Origin: Chamaesiphon sp.
GTDB lineage: Bacteria > Cyanobacteriota > Cyanobacteriia > Cyanobacteriales > Chamaesiphonaceae
Length of the DNA stretch: 64,000 nt
Assembly: GCA_965246715.1 (NCBI GenBank)
Contig: CBDFFH010000051.1
Location: forward strand, 32,001-96,000
Direction: 5' to 3'
This document shows positions 60,889 through 64,000 of the stretch, piece after piece. Made by a program: the position numbers and the translations under genes. The notes beneath the pieces were generated by a model. The model did no database searches and was not told where the DNA came from. It worked only from the letters and a program-made list of their open reading frames with translations. Numbering within the stretch: position 1 is the first letter of the stretch; each line of letters opens with the position of its first letter.

Positions 60889-62238
60889 TTGCACCGTATC
60901 CTCCCTCTCCAACAGCTAACTGGTTCGCAAGTCTTCGATCGATTATTTCGAGCCGAAGAAATTGCTACTTTATTAGAGAGTCCGGTAACCGATCGAGAAA
61001 AATCGATCTTAACTAGATATTCAATTTGTGCTGGTTCCCCCCGAGTAATTAACCACCAGCCACAGATTTTTACACCCCCCGTCGGGCAAATTTTAGATTG
61101 TTTGCGGGACTTATTAACGAATGTCGATCGACAACAAACAACCGATCTACCCACACATTTACCATTTACAGGTGGATGGCTGGGATGGCTGGGTTACGAA
61201 CTTGCCTGGGAAATCGAAAAATTACCAGATCGTCAGCCCGATCCGTTACCATTTCCGATCGCTTATTGGTATGCGCCGAGCTGTTTTGCAGTTTTAGACC
61301 ACTGGGAACGAGTTCTATATCTAGTTGCCGCCACCGCTAATGAATTAGACGATCTAGTCTCAAAACTCGATCGCCAGCTACCTGCCGCCCCAATTATCGA
61401 GACACCAGCCCAAGCGGATTTGCATTTTCATACCTCAGCAGCAGCATATCAACAGGCCGTGATACAGGCGCAGCGCTATATTCAAGCGGGGGATATCTTT
61501 CAAACGAATTTATCCCTGCGGTTTAGCACCGAAACCGATCTCGATCCTTGGCAGATCTACCAACAATTGCAACAGATTAACCCTTCCCCGTTTGCTAGCT
61601 ATTGGCAAACACCGTGGGGATCGATGATGAGCTGCTCGCCCGAACGACTAGTCAAGTTACAGCACCAGCAAGCTACCACTCGCCCGATCGCCGGAACGCG
61701 CCAACGGGGGATAGACTTAGAACACGATCGTCAATTAGCCACAGAATTATCGACCAATACTAAAGAAATCGCCGAGCATATCATGCTAGTCGATCTCGAA
61801 CGCAACGATCTCGGACGCGTTTGTCGGTGGGGGAGTGTCGAAGTAGATGAATTACTGTCGATCGAACGGTACAGTCATGTGATGCATCTAGTGAGTAACG
61901 TGCGCGGCGAATTAGATTCACAGTTTGACTCGATCGATCTGATGCGGGCGATGTTTCCTGGCGGTACGATTACTGGATGTCCCAAAGTCAGATGTATGGA
62001 AATAATTGCCGAACTCGAACCCTTTCCCCGCAATCTCTTCTATGGTTCCTGTGGCTATCTAGACTACCGAGGCGGTCTAGATCTAAATATTTTGATTCGG
62101 ACATTGTTGTATCATAAAGGCACCGTCTGGGGACAAGTCGGTGCGGGAATCGTTGCGGACAGCGATCCCGAACGTGAATGGCACGAATCTCTCCAGAAAG
62201 CTGCTGCCCAAATTGCGGCGCTGGGCATCATAAGTTAG
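60889..62238 (+). CDS. Anthranilate synthase component I / PabB family chorismate-binding enzyme
   Basis: TLLES, GDIFQTNLS, SCSPER, RPIAGT, EHIMLVDLERND, FPGGTITGCPK, GAGIVADS. Confidence 0.92.
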   Translation: MHRILPLQQLTGSQVFDRLFRAEEIATLLESPVTDREKSILTRYSICAGSPRVINHQPQIFTPPVGQILDCLRDLLTNVDRQQTTDLPTHLPFTGGWLGWLGYELAWEIEKLPDRQPDPLPFPIAYWYAPSCFAVLDHWERVLYLVAATANELDDLVSKLDRQLPAAPIIETPAQADLHFHTSAAAYQQAVIQAQRYIQAGDIFQTNLSLRFSTETDLDPWQIYQQLQQINPSPFASYWQTPWGSMMSCSPERLVKLQHQQATTRPIAGTRQRGIDLEHDRQLATELSTNTKEIAEHIMLVDLERNDLGRVCRWGSVEVDELLSIERYSHVMHLVSNVRGELDSQFDSIDLMRAMFPGGTITGCPKVRCMEIIAELEPFPRNLFYGSCGYLDYRGGLDLNILIRTLLYHKGTVWGQVGAGIVADSDPEREWHESLQKAAAQIAALGIIS

Positions 62239-62311
62239 CAGAGATCGTTCTAAGACTATATATATATGTCTATCTTTGTCTCCGGCGTTGTCAAATAAAC
62301 TACATTTTCAA

Positions 62312-62340
62312 GCCACTATCCACTATCCACTATCCACTAG
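62312..62340. repeat. STRR heptamer array (TCCACTA)n
   Basis: GCCACTA TCCACTA TCCACTA TCCACTA directly before pipX. Confidence 0.8.
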
Positions 62341-62345
62341 CTACC

Positions 62346-62621
62346 GTGAATTCTGACGAACACTATCTCAACCACCCCACCTTCGGCTTGCTCTATCGCA
62401 TTTGTGTTGTTGAGGAGAACCAAGAATTATTTACGACGCTTTATGCTCAGCGCATGTTCTTTCTCGTCACTAATATTGCTAGTGACATCTCGTTCCAATC
62501 CATGACTCGTGCCGAGGCTCGGCTGACGATCGATACTCGGATTCGGAACCTCAGACGCAACGGTCAAATAAGCGAATATCAAGAGTTGCAGGCAATGATG
62601 CAAAAAAATTTCCCAGGATAG
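62346..62621 (+). CDS. pipX: PII-interacting protein X
   Basis: YLNHPTFGLLY...FTTLYAQRMFFLV; GTG start; followed by pipY. Confidence 0.95.
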   Translation: MNSDEHYLNHPTFGLLYRICVVEENQELFTTLYAQRMFFLVTNIASDISFQSMTRAEARLTIDTRIRNLRRNGQISEYQELQAMMQKNFPG

Positions 62622-62707
62622 GAGATAGGGGAGACAGAATAGGGAATAGTATCGATCGCTTGTCCCTAGTTCTAATATTCACACACCCCTTCACTTAGCT
62701 AAGCAAT

Positions 62708-63382
62708 ATGATAGAAGCGATCGCCCATAATATCGAAACTATTCGCCGCGACTTACCACCGACAGTAAGATTGATGGCAGTTAGCAAGCAAGTATCTGCT
62801 AGCGCGATTCGAGCGGCATATGCGACGGGGATCCGAGACTTTGGTGAGAGTCAGATTCAAGAAGCCGAGCGAAAACAACAAGAATTAGCCGACTTACCAG
62901 ATCTGTGTTGGCATCTGATCGGCCACTTGCAGGGGAATAAGGTGCGCAAAGCCTTACAGCTGTTTGACTGGATTCATTCTGTCGATAGTCTCAAACTAGC
63001 CGAGCGAATCGATCGAGTCGCCCTAGAACTAGGGATCGAGCCAAAAATCTGTCTGCAAGTAAAAATATTGCCCGATCCTGACAAGTATGGCTGGAGTATT
63101 CCAGAGCTGCTCGCAGACTTACCGCAGCTTCAGCGCTATCATCAGTTGGAGATTTGTGGCTTGATGGCAATTCCCCCACTAGGTTTAAGCGTGACTCAAG
63201 TACGGGAACTGTTCGATCGCACCAAAGCTCTTAGTGCCGAGATCGCTAGCCAAACGGGGAACCAGATCCAGATCTCGGAATTATCGATGGGGATGTCAGG
63301 TGACTATCTACAAGCAGTCGCAGCAGGAGCGACGATTATTCGGCTGGGTAGCATTATTTTCGGGGATCGCATCAAGGAATGA
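62708..63382 (+). CDS. pipY: YggS/PLPBP family PLP-binding protein
   Basis: AVSK, FGES, WHLIGHLQGNK, IHSVDS, LSMGMSGD, IRLGSIIFG. Confidence 0.95.
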   Translation: MIEAIAHNIETIRRDLPPTVRLMAVSKQVSASAIRAAYATGIRDFGESQIQEAERKQQELADLPDLCWHLIGHLQGNKVRKALQLFDWIHSVDSLKLAERIDRVALELGIEPKICLQVKILPDPDKYGWSIPELLADLPQLQRYHQLEICGLMAIPPLGLSVTQVRELFDRTKALSAEIASQTGNQIQISELSMGMSGDYLQAVAAGATIIRLGSIIFGDRIKE

Positions 63383-64000
63383 AAATCGCTCGTTATCGAT
63401 CGTTACATAGTGTTAATTAATATTGTCAAATTGAATTTATGGCGACCGAATGGCTCTAAGCTATGCACTGAATATTCGATACTAGATTTGCCCGATCGGT
63501 TGTGGTGCCACTGTTGTCACAGTTCTAGTGACTCGCTCTTTGGTTCGGTCACACCAGTGGCGAAGCGCGACAGACACGTTGAAACCACATTAATGTTGGA
63601 AAATCAGTGACAAGTCGAGCTTTCATCGCCGATCGGTGCTACTGGCAACAGGTCTGGCTCCTCAGCGAAAAACTACATAGCTATTTTCTAATGATGCATA
63701 TATAACTCGAAAAGTAAATTTACGAGGTATTTATTTAATTGATGTTAATTAAAACAGAGTATTTAACTACTGATGATTTTTCATTGATTAAAATGCTGAA
63801 GTTATGTTAAGCAATGCAGTGTAAATCGGCTGTTACACCTGCTCTGTAGGTATAATCGCCAGGTTTGGCTCGATTGCTGTCTGCGACCATCAGCCATGCT
63901 GACGTAAAATTTTCCACGTTGCAGCCACTAATTCGTGTTACTCTATATATCAGCATTTTGTACTATCCCGATCGGCGATCGGACAGGGCATGGTCGAAAA

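Noticed and set aside
10961..62340. CRISPR array from the heptamer or MITE repeats
   Set aside because: No regularly spaced repeat-spacer units and no cas genes.
58265..63382. der-ecfT-pabB-pipX-pipY as a novel cluster
   Set aside because: Linkage of engA with pipX-pipY is an established cyanobacterial synteny.
63383..64000. ORF 63410-63610 or an ncRNA after pipY
   Set aside because: No protein-like features or clear structure; more likely the upstream region of the next gene (often sepF) beyond the window.

Overview
Chromosomal window from a cyanobacterium. HIP1-type GCGATCGC and especially CGATCG/TCGATCGA sites are very dense, heptamer STRR arrays are present, and the gene set (pipX, hli, ycf51, patA) is cyanobacterial. 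A Chamaesiphon-like organism is an inference only. Most of the window is housekeeping: ilvA, tig-clpP-clpX, asd-dapA-rnj, cobG-cobH-cobI behind a cobalamin riboswitch, cobK, sufU, wza, gpx, hli, a GH38 mannosidase, and der-ecfT-pabB/trpE-pipX-pipY. There is also a complete PatA-CheY-CheW-MCP-CheA taxis cluster, whose receptor has two DXCIP-type cyanobacteriochrome GAF domains lacking the canonical Cys, next to a YN pseudo-orthocaspase. The most striking unannotated structure is an intact IS982-family element (51665-52632) plus about seven short non-coding elements. Six carry its 18-bp terminal repeat (intact or degenerate) around different structured-palindrome cargoes, and one has the internal core only. 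One interrupts a sirtuin gene remnant, two are stacked at one target site, and one carries nested insertions. Also found: a TCTATC-N4-GATAGA palindrome at class II activator spacing before three neighbouring small genes, and a candidate sRNA between cheA and clpX. No CRISPR array, rRNA or tRNA was seen. I did not find a clearly new multi-gene protein system. All product calls come from motif recognition, not database searches.
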